Origin: Pristiophorus japonicus
Lineage: Eukaryota
Assembly (NCBI RefSeq): GCF_044704955.1
Contig: NC_091998.1
Coordinates: forward strand, 60,078,001 to 60,142,000
DNA length: 64,000 nucleotides
Reading direction: 5' to 3'
The notes under the pieces are model-generated. The model was given only the letters and a program-made list of their open reading frames with translations. It did not search any database and was not told where the DNA came from. The position numbers and the translations under genes are program-made. Positions 13,533 through 26,205 of this stretch are shown piece by piece; within the stretch, counting starts at the first letter, position 1, and each line of letters opens with the position of its first letter.

Positions 13533-14470
13533 AGAAACATAGAAAGTAGGTGCAGGAATAGGCCATTCGGCCCTTCGAGCCTAAAGCACCATTCAATAAG
13601 ATCATGGCTGATCATTCCCTCAGTACCCCTTTACTGCTTTCTCTCCATACCCCTTGATCCCTTTAAGGGCCATATCTAACTCCCTCTTGAATATACCCAA
13701 TGAACTGGTAAACAACTCTCTGCAGTAGAGAATTCCACAGGTTAACAACTCTCTGAGTGAAGAAGTTTCTCCTCATCTCAGTCCTAACTGACCTACCCCT
13801 TATCTGTAGACTATGTCCCTTGGTTCTGGACTTCCCCAACATCTGGAACATTCTTCCTGCATCTAACCTCTCCAGTCCCGTCAGAATTTTACATGTTTCT
13901 ATGAGATCCCCTGTCATCCTTCTAATCTCCAGTGAATACAGGCCCAGTCGATCCAATCTCTCCTCATATGTCAGTCCTGCCATCCCAGGAATCAGTCTGG
14001 TGAACCTTCGCTGCACTCCCTCAATAGCAAGAATGTCCTTCCTCAGATTAGGAGACCAAAACTGCGCACAATATTCCAGGTGAGGCCTCACTAAGGCCCT
14101 GAACAACTGCAGTAAGACCTCCCTGCTCCTATACTCAAATCCCCTAGCTATGAAGGCCAACATACCATTTGCCTACTGCACTGGCTGATGTGCCTGCATG
14201 CCAACTTTCAATGACTGATGTACCATGACACCCAGGTCTCGTTGCACATCCCCTTTTCCTAATCTGCCACCATTCAGATAATCTGCCTTTGTGTTTTTGC
14301 CACCAAAGTGGATAACCTCATATTTATCCACATTATATTGCATCTGCCATGCGTTTGTCCACTCTCCTAACCTGTTCAAGTCACCCTGCAGTCTCTTGAA
14401 GTTCTCCACACAGCTCACACCACCACCCAGCTTAATGTCATCTGCAAACTTGGAGATATTACACTCAATT
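13533..14470 (-). mobile_element. CR1 LINE 3' fragment
   Basis: ORFs 13663-14163 and 14173-14559 (KFADD, RPHLEYC.QFWSP); agaaacatagaa tail. Confidence 0.92.
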
Positions 14471-14494
14471 TTCTGGGCAGAATCTGCCACCCCA

Positions 14495-14730
14495 TAAAAG
14501 AAAGAACTTGCATTTATATAGCGCCTTTCACAACCTTGGGACATCCCAGCGTGCCTCAAAGTACTTTTGAAGTGGAGTCACTGTTGTGTTCTAGGAACTA
14601 CGGCAGCCAATTTGCACACAGCAAGCTCCTACAAACAGCAATGAACTAAATGACCAAATGATCTGTTTTAGTTCTATTGTTTGAGGGGTAAATATTAGTC
14701 AGGATTCTGAGGAGAAATCCCCAAGAATGA
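14495..14730 (-). mobile_element. Deu-domain SINE 3' half
   Basis: aaagaaagaacttgcatttatatagcgcctttcac tail, reverse complement of the AmnSINE1/SacSINE1-type 3' end. Confidence 0.7.
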
Positions 14731-15114
14731 ATAACTAAAAAATGTTGAGGATGGGTGGGCCCCAAGAGAAGAAGACATTGAGAAATGGAACTGGGCATTT
14801 TTTGGTGCCAATCTAATTTTAGAAAGCACAAATGGCACAAGGATTCTGTGATGCAGACATGCCACTCTTTGGCACCAATTAAAGATGCTGGTCTCTGAGT
14901 GTGTGCTGGCAGTGAGGTCTTCGGATCCACACAATGCACAAGGGATTCCAGTACAGAAACACATGCAGCGAATGGTGAGTGGGAATGACAGCACTGGCTC
15001 AAATAATTCAATGTAGTGCTAACTCAAACATAATGGGTGCCCCAGGTGTTATACCAGAGTGGAGGAACTGGAATTTCCTGACCGGGCTGCTCGATATCTG
15101 AGCAGTCCTATGGC

Positions 15115-15860
15115 AGAAATAATGAAAAACAAATTATAATTTAAATGGAGAAAAATTGCAAAGTGCTGCAGTTCAGAGGGACCTGGGGGTCATTGTGTAT
15201 GAAATATAAAAAGTTAGTATGCAGGTACAGCAAGTAATCAGGTAGGCAAATGGAATGTCGGCCTTTATTGCAAGGGGGATAGAGTATAAAAGCAGCGAAG
15301 TCCTGCTACAACTGTACAGGGTATTGGTGAGGCCACACCTGGAGTACTGAGTACAGTTTTGGTCTCCGTATTTAAGGAAGGATTTACTTCAGAGAAGGTT
15401 CACTAAGTTAAACTCCAGAGTTGAGGGGGTTGACTTATGAGGATAGGTTGGGCCTATACACATTGGAGTTCAGAAGAATGAGAGGTGATCTTATTGAAAC
15501 ATATAAGATAATGAAGGGGCTCGACAAGATGGATGCAGAGAAAATATTTCCACTCATGGGGGAAACCAAAACTAGGAGACATAGTCTTAGAATAAGGGGC
15601 CGCCCATTTAACATTGAGATGAGGAGAAATTTCTTCTGAGGGTTGTTAATCTATTGAATTTTCTGCCCCAGAGAGCTGTGGAAGCTGGGTCATTGAATAT
15701 AGTTAAGGCGGAGATGGACAGATTTTTGAGTGATAAAGGAGTAAAGGGTTGGGGGAGTGGGCAGGAAAATGGAGCTTAGTCCATGATCAGATCAGGCATG
15801 ATCTTATTGAATGGTCCGAGGGGCCAAATGGCCTACTCTTATTTTTTATGTTATGTTCTT
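15115..15860 (+). mobile_element. CR1 LINE 3' fragment
   Basis: LEFRRMRGDLIETYKI in ORF 15421-15639; CR1 3' UTR and ttatgtt tail. Confidence 0.88.
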
Positions 15861-16133
15861 ATGGGACAATGCAGAGCAGGGAACTGTTTCCCCTCCACCA
15901 CTACCCAAAGTGGGAGGAAGAAAGCCTGCCAATCACAATGGCCTGGACTTTGTGGTGCCGAGGATGGAGTCTGCACAGTGTACACCATCGTAAGCCTTCG
16001 GAAAGGTTCTGCAAGTTCCAGGTTTCCACGTGCGCTGAGCATGCGCGAAAGCCCAAAACTTGATCTACCGCACCAACCCGAAAATCACTTTTGCTAGCAC
16101 AGAGTTTGCCCACAAATGCCCACGAAACCCTTC

Positions 16134-17700
16134 TTAGGCAGTCCCCCAAAGTTGAGGATGACTTGATACCACACTAGTATGAGTTCTAAGGTGACTGTTG
16201 ATGCCAATGGGGGATCTACAGTCTCTGTTACAGGTGGGGCAGGTGGTGGTTGGAGGGATGGGTGGGTGGGGTGCTTGGTTTTTCATACGCTCCTTCCACT
16301 GTTTGTACTTGGCTTCCGCGTGCTCCCGGCGAAGAGACTCGAGGAGGCTTTGAGGGTGTTCTTGAAGCGTTTTCTCTCCACTCCTGAGACTCACTTGCCA
16401 TGACGGAACTCGGAGTAAAGTGCTTGTTTCTGGAGTTTAACATCGGGAATGCAGATAATGTGGCCTGTCCACCGGAGCTGGTTGAGCGTAGTCAATGCTT
16501 CGATGTTGGCCTGAGAGAAAACGCTGATGTTGGTGCGTCAATCTTGCCAGTGGATTTGCAGGATCTTGTGGAAGCAGCATTGGTGGTACTTCTCCACTGC
16601 TTTGAGGTGCCTGCTGTATATAGTCCATGTCTCTGAATAATACAGGAGGGCATGTATAACTACTGCTCTGTAGACCATGAGCTTGGTGCCAGATTTGAGA
16701 TCCCGTCTTTGAACAATCTTTTCCTCAGGCGACCGAAGGCTGCACTGACACACTGAAGATGGTGTTGGACTTCGTTATCGATGTCTCTCCTTGCTGACAG
16801 TAGATTCCCAAGGTATGGAAAATGGTTCACGTTGTCCAAGATCTCATCATTGTAGGATTTCTAAATCTCTCTGGACTTACATTAAAAACATACACAAATG
16901 CACATTAACAGCAGTAATCAGTTACTTAGTTACAACAAATGAGGTTATAATAAAAACGATATACTTAGTTCCCTTTGGCTGGCAGATTGGACACACAGCT
17001 TGCTGTTTTAGCTGGTCTTCAGGGATGTCTTGTGCTGTGTGTCCGAGAGAGAGAGAAAAGCCTTTGGCTGAGTTCTTTTAAACCTCTCAAAGCCATTGTC
17101 CCTCTGAAAGCCCCATGATTGGACCCTGGCACCAGGGCAGTTCCCCATTGGCTCGCCTCGCACATGTGGCTGTCTGGTCTGGCTCAGCCATCTCTGATTA
17201 GTTTAAATGGCTTTTCAATACACAGAACCCACGCGGCAGCTCTGGGGGCTTTCATTTTGTTTCTTACAAAACTTAGCCCATGCTGGCAATCTGTGGGCTT
17301 CCATTTTATCTCAATACAAACAGGCCTTTCTGTTAATCTACACTTTTAACATTTCTACATACACATAATCAATTTTAATCATTAATAAACACTTTTATTC
17401 TGATATCATGGATTTTGATTGGCGGGTGTGGGGGGAGGCGGGCAGTGCTGTGTGGTGTGGGGAGGTTGGTAGAGAACCTTTTTCTTACGGATGTTTAATG
17501 TAAGGTCCAGACTCTCTCAAGCTTCGGTGAAGGTGTCAATAGTGGTTCGGAGTTCGGCCTCCAAGTGTGCACAAACACAAGCATCGTCTGCATACTGATG
17601 TTCAATGACACAGATTGGAAAAACCAGGGATCTGGACTGGTGGCGATGGAAGTTGGACAGTTCCCGTATGTCCAAGAGATTAGCTCCATTCCACCCTTAC
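16134..17700 (-). mobile_element. RTE-clade LINE fragment, split by a solo LTR at 16851-17405
   Basis: TKLMVYRAVV..LLY.SETWT, ILQIHWQD and the C-terminal CPTCNRDC...H zinc motif; the RT YADD region continues at 17406-17700. Confidence 0.88.
16851..17405 (-). mobile_element. Solo LTR of the retrovirus-like element at 18956-23698
   Basis: Reverse-complement homolog of 20572-21172, ~45 bp shorter; 4-bp TSD tcat at 16847-16850 and 17406-17409; RTE sequence is contiguous across it. Confidence 0.9.
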
Positions 17701-18955
17701 ATCAATAAAAGCAGGCGTAGGGGCTGCTTTCACTAGCGTAAGGGTTAATATACATCGTAAGTTAAATTTTTAGAAATAAAACATCATTCATAAACACTTA
17801 AAATTAGTTTATGCAAATTTTGGCCCAGATTAAAATGTTTAAAATTATTTTTCCAAAAAAATTAAATTTTTATTGTATATGCTTTAAGTGAAGGTATTTT
17901 AAAATTAAATTTGAACATTTATTTTTATTCCAGTTGTATAAATTATTTAATTATTTGGAAATTCCTCATATGCTTATGGGGATTCTGTCTGTAAATGGAA
18001 TCCCTGTAAGCATATTAGGAATCCTCTTTTCTGATTGGAGGACCTGGCCCACATGATCCCAGGGACGCTTCCAAAGCGCCTGTGTCCCTGTGGTCCGTGG
18101 GACTTTATGCAGGCGTGGGCCTGCCAGCACAGGACCCAAAGACTCCGAAGTCCGCGAGCCTGAAAGTAAGTGCAGATATTTTTAGCAGGTTGGAGGTATA
18201 CTCCGGAGGTACGCCTCCTACTGGAAATTCCCAGCCAATGTCACCACAAAAGCAACTCGGCACAGACAATCTTGATCTGGCCTCCCTCTGAGACATGAGT
18301 AAGAGAGGGCTCAGGGACACGAGCCACTGTACAGTTATCTACCTTCATAAGAGGCAAGTGCCTTGTGATAATTCAGTTGCACACACTTCCCATTTCTGAT
18401 TTGCTGTCCTGTGCAGGTTATGCAGCAATGATTTGCAACGACTACAATTGATACTGTGAGAAATCCTTATTGGTCAGGAAATAGTGTTGGGGAAATTGAT
18501 GGGATTGAAGGCCGATAAATCCCCAGGGCCTGATAGTCTGCATCCCAGAGTACTTAAGGAAGTGACCCTAGAAATAGTAGATGCATTGGTGGTCATTTTC
18601 CAACATTCCATGGACTCTGGATCAGTTCCTATGGATTGTAGGGTAGCTAATGTAACCTCACTTTTTAGAAAAGGAGGGAAGGAGAAAACAGGGAATTATA
18701 GACCGGTCAGCCTGACATCGGTGGTGGGGAAAATGCTGGAATCAATTATTAAAGATGTGATAGCGCATTTGGAAAGCAGTGACAGGATCGGTCCAAGTCA
18801 GCAAGGATTTATGAAAGGGAAATCATGCTTGACAAATCTTCTAGAATTTTTTGAGGATTTAATGAGTAGAGTGGATAAGGGAGAACCAGCAGATGTGGTG
18901 CATTTGGACTTTCAAAAGGCTTTTGACAAGGTCCCATACGAGAGATTGGTGTGCA

Positions 18956-20208
18956 GTCACGGAGTCCTGCAATGCTGTTAGCAAGGCCTCCCCAACAGAT
19001 ACCCTAGATTTAAAATCCCTGAAGCAGCAATATTGGTCATATGCTGTTGTAAGCGCCTGGCACGAGGAAGGCAGACCCCTTCCTTAACCAACAGCCTGGG
19101 CTCCCAATACCAGTCTAGCCACTGCCCCTGACTCAGTAGAGCAGTTGTTGATGTTCAAAAGAAAGCCACACCCCTGCCCGGTGGTGTGTATTCCACCAGA
19201 GGTGGGTCAGGAGCTGCTCTCACTCTTTCACTCCCACCTCACAGCAGGGCACTATTTGGCCCTGATATTCTTCTACAAGGTAGCATCCACAGCTTGGTGG
19301 CCTTCTATGAGGGAATCAATCAACCAATATGTGGCACGATGCCTACTGTGCCTATATGCACTAACCGAGCCTTGCTTCAAAGTGCACCCCCACCACAAGG
19401 GCCATGGACTCATGTCCAGATAGACTTCATTGAGCTACTTCCACAGGCGCAAGGCAATTTTCAGCATGCCCTAGTGGTGGTGGATCAATTCACTAAATGG
19501 ACACAACCACAGCAGCAGGGGAATGCTTCGATCCATTTGTAGGTGGGGAGTACCAGTACAAGTGGACAGCGATCAAAATTCACACTTTATCGGTAAAATT
19601 TTTACCCACCTGCAGGAAATGTTGGGGATAAAACACAAATTACATATTGCTCACTGTCCCCAGTCATCCAGAGGGGTCGAAAGGGGGAAACAGGACCCTC
19701 AAGTTAATGTTAAAAAAATTGTGCGTGGATCACCCCACTCAATGGGCTAACATGCTGCCAATGTGCTTAATGGCAATGAGGTCCACATCTCATAGAACAT
19801 CAGGGTTCTCCGCATATCAGGCTATGACGGGGACGCTCATGAGAACACCAGGCCAACTAACGCTAACAGGGATGAGTCCCCTGACAATGAAAACATGTAG
19901 TTCAAAGTGGCTGGAACAAGTGATAGATCACACCGATCAGATCAATCGATTTGTGGCCACCAAATTGGGGAAGTCAAAGAGACAAATTAAAAAGTACTTT
20001 GACAAGAAAGTACGTCCCTGTGAATACAAAGTGGGATACTCAGTGATGATTCCAAATTATGGGAAAAAGAAACTGCCTCTGAGCCTGGGTGGTGGGGACC
20101 ACATAAGATTATAGACCCGTGGTTTATTTGATTCAGTTACCAGGGAAGAAGGGTGTTAAGTACAAGAAGTGGTTTCACAGTAATCAGTTAAAAACTGCCA
20201 AAGAGTAA
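18956..20208 (+). pseudogene. Retroviral-type integrase (3' pol), frameshifted
   Basis: HHCC (FHSHLTAGH...VARCLLC), PPQGPWTHVQIDFI, VVVDQFTKW, VDSDQNSHF, HCPQSSRGVE(R), NRTLK and C-terminal KWFHSNQLK spread over several frames. Confidence 0.88.
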
Positions 20209-20571
20209 ATACTGCCCTGACCTTGTTTCCCACAGACTATGTTACGGATCCTCACGATTGTCAGGACGACACTGGCCAAGACTGAAGCCGAGGGAAGATG
20301 CAGAAGCGGGAGCCACAGCTTGACTCATGGACATCATCAATAGTCAATGTGCTTCGAGAAGCGACGGTGCACTGAGGATACAGGAAGGGGAGAGTCTCCG
20401 CTGGAGATGTTATCGGACTGTTATTAAATCCCCTACACCTTACGAGGTGGGGACCAAATCAGGCCACCCACTTTTCTTCCTTTCCCCCTCAATGTCTATA
20501 ATATGTGATCCCTGAGGAGATAAGCCATATGAGGGGTCAATAAGGATATTTCCCCCTCAAGGTGGGGAGTT

Positions 20572-21172
20572 TGTAAGAATAAAAGTGTTTATTAATGATT
20601 AAAATTGATTATGTGTATGTATAAGTGTTAAAAGTGTAGATTAACGGAAAGGCCTGCTTGTGTTGAGATAAAATAGAAGCCCACTGATTGCCAGCATGGG
20701 CTAAGTTTTGTAAGAAACAAAATGAAAGCCCCCAGAACTGCCGCATGGGTTTTATGTATTGGAAAGCCATTTAAACTAATCAGAGATGGCTGAGCCAGAC
20801 CAGATAGCCACATGTGTGAGGAGAGCCAATGGGGAACTGCCCTGGAGCCAGGGTCCAATCGTGGGGCTTTCGGAGGGACAATGGCTTTGAGAGGTTTAAA
20901 AGAACTTGGCCAAAAACTTTTCTCTCTCTCTCTTAGACACACAGCACAAGACATCCCTGAAGACCAGCTAAAACAGCAAGCCGTGTGTCCAATCAGCCAG
21001 CCAAAGGGAAGTAACATATATAGTTTTTATTATAACCTCATTTGTTGTAACTAAGTAACTGATTACTGTTGCTAATATGCTTGTGTGTATGTTTTTAATA
21101 AACTCTTCTAATTGTTTGGAAAGAATCGTCCCACTGTCGAATATAAGTCCAGAGAGATTTAGAAATCCTACA
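20572..21172 (+). mobile_element. Single internal LTR (601 bp) with PPT upstream and PBS downstream
   Basis: tgtaaga...tcctaca ends; purine tract aaggtggggag at 20559-20569; PBS tggtggggaatgcgggca at 21177-21194, complementary to the tRNA-Ala(AGC) 3' end with one G-U wobble. Confidence 0.9.
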
Positions 21173-21409
21173 AAATTGGTGGGGAATGCGGGCAACTGGC
21201 GAGACAGCTTTTTGATGATTCTTTTGAACAATTGGAAATCTCGGGAGTTGCGATTCTAACCTGTGTTGCGATTATAATTGAAACAATTAAACAAATCGGG
21301 AGATGTGTCTTAGGGGAGCAGTCATCTCGATAGTTGTAACTGTTTAGGTAGGGTGGGTTGGAACTGTTTAACTGGGGACCCATCAGGCGTTATATTCAAA
21401 AGACACAGG

Positions 21410-23213
21410 ATGAAGGGATCGGTCATGGACAGGAAGCCAACAATAAAAAGTAATGTTGAGCTAGTTTATCAGGAGAGGTTGTCCAAAAAGTTCCCGATAC
21501 AAGACGCAGAAGAGTTAAGAGCACAGGCACAGCACGAGGGTAGACCTGCCTCAATTGGGGAGACGGTGAGAATTATCCAGGAGAGGGTAGATAGGGGAGA
21601 GCTGAGATCAAAACGGGCAAACAGTCTCGTGACATTTAGCGCTTTTTATTGTGCCAGGAGAGATGAGGAATTAATGAGGCAAGACGCCAAAGTGATACAA
21701 GATTTGAAAGAATTGCAAGTAAAAGAGATTCAGTTAAAAGAAAGAGAGAATGAAGGTATAAAACAACAAAAGGAAGAAGGCCTCCAACATGTGAAACAGT
21801 TAAAAGAGGGAGAAATACAGCATTTAAGACAAGAAATTGGCCACTTAAACCACAGCATTAAGCAATTAGAAAGAGAGGCCGAACAGGCAGCTTCACTGCT
21901 ACAGCAACAAAGCCTTTCAAACTTAAATGCTACCGCAGCCATTGTTGAAGCAAATGAAAAGAAATTAGAGTTAAAAAAATATAAATGAGAAAACTTGAGG
22001 CTCCAGCAAGAGATAGAAGATGCTAGAGCTGTATTAGGAGAAGTCATTAAGAAGCCACATAGGGAAACAGATCACTCCCAGTGCCAGCTAGAAATAGCGA
22101 GGCTAAAAAGTAAGTTAGGGGAGCAGCAGGCCCTGGTATCCAGAGTAACACGGGGAGCCATAACAGAGACAGCGAAAGGGGGAACCAGATTGGGAAGAGG
22201 AAGGCAGTCAGTATAATCCCCAGGAGAGTGGTGTAGAATGGGATACCTTGGAGACACAAGAGCCAATCGTAGCCGTAGTAACCACTTCTTCATGACGTAA
22301 TGTGCACGGCCACATCACCAGTAACCATACCGACTCACGGCCCATATCTGGTTCTGACGCCATGGCGTGTAGCCATGAGTTGGGGCCCATTAATGATGGG
22401 GACGACCCACTGGAAGTTAATAGGAGGTGAGAAAATTTCAGGAGGCGTCACCCCGAGTTGAAAGAGAGAGACTTAACACAAGACCTCTTCTTGGCCTGTT
22501 CCACTTCCCTAAAAGATAATCTGCCAGAAGCAATCCTCCAGGTTGCCACAGCGGCCGACGCACTCATGACCGAGATCCTAAACCATTTAGGGATCCGAAA
22601 CTTGAACTTAGTGGCTCTGCTTAATCAGACCAAGCAGCACCCGGGAGAGACCCCTAGAGCCTTCAGTAATCACCTGTACGATATCTATCAACGTACGCAG
22701 AACCAGGCACCTGCAAATGCTACAGTAGGAAAGAATCAGGAACAATTTAAATCGATGTTCCTGACCCAATTCCACCCTTTAGTTAAAACCACCCTGGGAA
22801 TAGCCATGAGGCCCACCAATCAGTGGACAGATATAGAGACCAATGCTCAAATAGCCTGGGAGATGATAAAAGACCAGTTAAAGGGGAAGTCACCACCCAC
22901 TGCAAATAAACCAGTGTCAACGGTGGAGGGATCTCAAAACTGTCCCTTTAAGGGACAGTGCTTTAATTGTAAGAAGGTAGGTCACCTAGCAAAAGACTGC
23001 AACAGACCCAGACCAGCACCGAATTATGATGCAATGCATAGATACCTCGCGAGGGACAAATACAAGCCCTCTGGGACAGACCAAAGATTGGATAAATTGA
23101 TAATCTTTATACAAACCGAAATTGCCACGGGGAGGTTGCAAAATTATTTAGCGGTGCACGTAATCGACAATGCATACTCATTAGAGAGACCCATTCCAGG
23201 ATCGACCCTGTGA
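21410..23213 (+). pseudogene. Gag with N-terminal coiled coil, capsid-like region and CCHC knuckle; disrupted
   Basis: E/K/Q-rich heptads in ORFs 21353-21988 and 21995-22216; KQHPGETPRAFSNHL (MHR-like) and CFNCKKVGHLAKDC in ORF 22458-23213; in-frame stop at 21986-21988. Confidence 0.85.
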
Positions 23214-23698
23214 CAGGGTTCGGCCCCCCAAAGATTGGTCGGAAGTGGGGTTCTGACATGATGGTAGCGGGAGACCAGTAGTCCGTGTTGTCTTAAAAGG
23301 GGGCAGGCAGCAGTTTATGTTTATCGATATTGGCTCAGCCGTTACCATCATCCACACCCCATACCCTGAACGTCATGCGGCGGTGGGCAAGGGTTATATG
23401 ACCCTTAAAGGGTTTAACAGTGATACAACCACCGCGTATACAGGGAAGGCCACTGAACTTCAGTTGGAAGGCCTCACCTGTAAGGTCCCAGCACCTATGC
23501 TGATGACCACCCCCGACAGAAGGGGAATTTTAGGGACTGATGTGTTGGATCAGTATGGCGCGATAATAGATTATAATCAGGACTGTGTTTGGATGGGATT
23601 GGGAGATAATGCAGGAGTGATATAAATTTCAGATGCTCACTTGGTTTTTGCTATTAAAAAGCCATCTGCGTACGACGCTACAGCGAGTGAAAATGAAG
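23214..23698 (+). pseudogene. Retroviral aspartic protease; pol truncated before RT
   Basis: FIDIGSAVTII (degenerate DTG) and GILGTDVL motifs; joins CR1 at ~23699. Confidence 0.82.
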
Positions 23699-25719
23699 CT
23701 AGTGGGGTGCTGCAAGGCTCAGTGCTGGGACCCCAGCTATTTACAATATACATTAATGATTTGGACGAAGGAATTGAGTGTAGTATCTCCAAGTTTGCAG
23801 ATGACACTAAGCTGGGTGGCAGTGTGAGCTGTGAGGAGGACGTTAAGAGGTTGCAGGGTGACTTGGACAGGTTAAAGAATGGGCAAATGCATGGCAGTAT
23901 AATGTGGATAAGTGTGAGGTTATCCTCTTTGGTGGCAAAAACAGGAAGGCAGATTATTATCTGAATGGTGATAGATTAGTAAAAGGGGAGGTGCAGCAAG
24001 ACCTAGGTGTCATGGTACATCAGTCATTGAAAGTAGGCATACAGGTATAGCAGGCAGAAAAGAAAGCAAATGGCATGTTGGCCTTCATAGCGAGAGGATA
24101 GAAATATAGAAATATAGAATATGCGAATAGGAGCAGGGAGGTCTTGCTGCAGTTGTACTTGGTGAGACCACATCTTAAGAATTGTGTGCAGTTTTGGTCT
24201 CCTAAGCTGAGGAAGGACGTTCTTGCTATTGAGGGAGTGCAGCGAAGGTTCATCAGACTGATTCCCGGGATGGCTGTACTGACATATGAAGAAAGATTGG
24301 ATCGACTTGGCTTATATTCACTGGAAGTTAGAAGGTTGAGAGGGGGTCTCATAGAAGCATATAAAATTCTGACGGGATTGGACAGGTTAGATGCAGGAAG
24401 AATGTTCCCGATGTTGGGGAAGTCCAGAACCAGGGGGTCACAGTCTAAGGATAAGGGGTAAGCCATCTAGGACCGAGATGAGGAGAAACGTTTTCACCCG
24501 GAGAATTCTCTACAGTTGTTGTTGAGTCCAGTTCGTTGGATATATTCAAAAGGGAATTAGATGTGGCCCTTACGGCTAAAGGGATCAGGGGTGTGGAGAG
24601 AAGGCAGGTATGGGGTACTGAAGTTGCATGATCAGCCATGATCATATTGAATGGTGGTGCAGGCTCGAAGGGCCGAATGGCCTGCTCCTGCACCTATTTT
24701 CTATGTTTTCTATGTTCCTATATCGATTGGGGGTGCAGGGAGAGGATTGTAATTTGCTGATCAGAATAGTTGCTTCTGGGAACATTGCTTTTACATATAG
24801 TTCTACATCGTATGAAAATCTCTCTGGTTTTTCGCAGGCACTGGGAGCCACCTTGTGGTAAAAGTCTGCAGGAACAGCCCCAGGTACAGTCCAGCGAAAG
24901 ATGACTTTTAACATGCAGCACCGAAACAGGCTATTCGGCCCAACATGTCCGGTGTTTATCCTCCACAGGAGCCTCCTCCCACCCCTCTCCATCTAAGCCC
25001 ATCAGCATATCCTTCTACAGGTATTCCTTTCTCGCTCATATTTAAATGCATCTGTGCTATTCGCCTCCTTGGGTCGCAAGTTCCACATTCTAACCGTTCT
25101 TTGGTTAAAGAAGTTTCTCCTGAATTCCCAACTGGACTGTCTTATATTTATGGTCCCTAGTTCTGGACCTCCCACGAGTGCAAATATCTTCTCTACGTCT
25201 ACCCTTACAGAATTTTTCAGACCTCCGTAACGTCACTCCTCAGCCTTCTCTTTTCCAAAGGAAAAGAGTCCCAGCCTGTTCAATCTTTCCTGGTACGTAT
25301 AACCTCTCAGTTCTGGTACCATTGATAGGAGGCATTGAGGGGAGAAATAAAGTTCTGCGTAAGTTAAAAATGCATTTTATATTTTCCAAAGATTCAATCT
25401 AGACTCTTTATGAAATAATGCTTGTGACATCTGTAATATATTGAAATACAAATCTGAAGGGGCAATACATATTGTAAACGTTCCAGAGAGCATTATAGAA
25501 GGCAGTTACAGATAACACATTCTATGTTGGAGGCAGTGTGTTTAAGGATAGAATTTTATAAGGCAGAAGGAGATCATTCGGTGAAACACATCTATGCCAG
25601 CTCTCTGAAACAGCTATTTACTTTTCCCCATGCTCCTGCCCATTCTTCATACAATGATACAGTACAGAAGGAGGCTAGTCAGCCCATCATGGCAATAGAG
25701 CAGTGTAGCGAGAGAGTTT

Positions 25720-26205
25720 AATATGAATAGTGCATCAGCGAATAAGGTCAAAGCAGGGAATAATGGTGAAAACATTAAATTAAAGGCTCTTTATCTGAAT
25801 ACATGATGCATTAATAATGAGACAGATGAACTAGTGGCACAAATAGAGGTACACTAGTTTAATCTAAGTGCAATTATAGAGACGTGGTTGCAAAGATGAC
25901 CATGTTGGGAACTAAATGATCCAGGGTACTTGACATATCAAATGGAAAAGGAGGGGGTAGCCCTGATAATAAAGGATGATATAAGGACAGTAGTGAGAAG
26001 GAATCTTGGATTAGAAGATCAGGAAGTAGGATCAGTATGGGTGGAGATAAGGAATAACAAGAGGCAGAAAACACTGGTGGGAATAGTATATAGGCGCCCC
26101 AACAGTTGGACAGAACATTAATCAAGAAATAACCAGAGCTTGTAACAAAGGTAATGCAATAATTGTGGGGACTTTAATTTTCATATCGACTGGACAAATC
26201 AAATT
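25720..26205 (+). mobile_element. Old CR1 endonuclease fragment
   Basis: GVALIIK, SVWVEIRN, GIVYR.PNS, IVGDFN motifs. Confidence 0.8.

Larger units (their letters stand above)
18460..24715 (+). mobile_element. CR1 LINE (18460-18955 and 23699-24715) interrupted by the permuted LTR element
   Basis: RT reads ...FDKVPYERLVC, breaks at 18955, resumes [11 protein letters not shown] at ~23699 and runs to the CR1 tail; ~115 nt of CR1 missing relative to the copy at 54464-54859. Confidence 0.9.

Noticed and set aside
24838-24883. Plus-strand mini-exon with good splice signals
   Set aside because: No recognisable peptide or partner exons.
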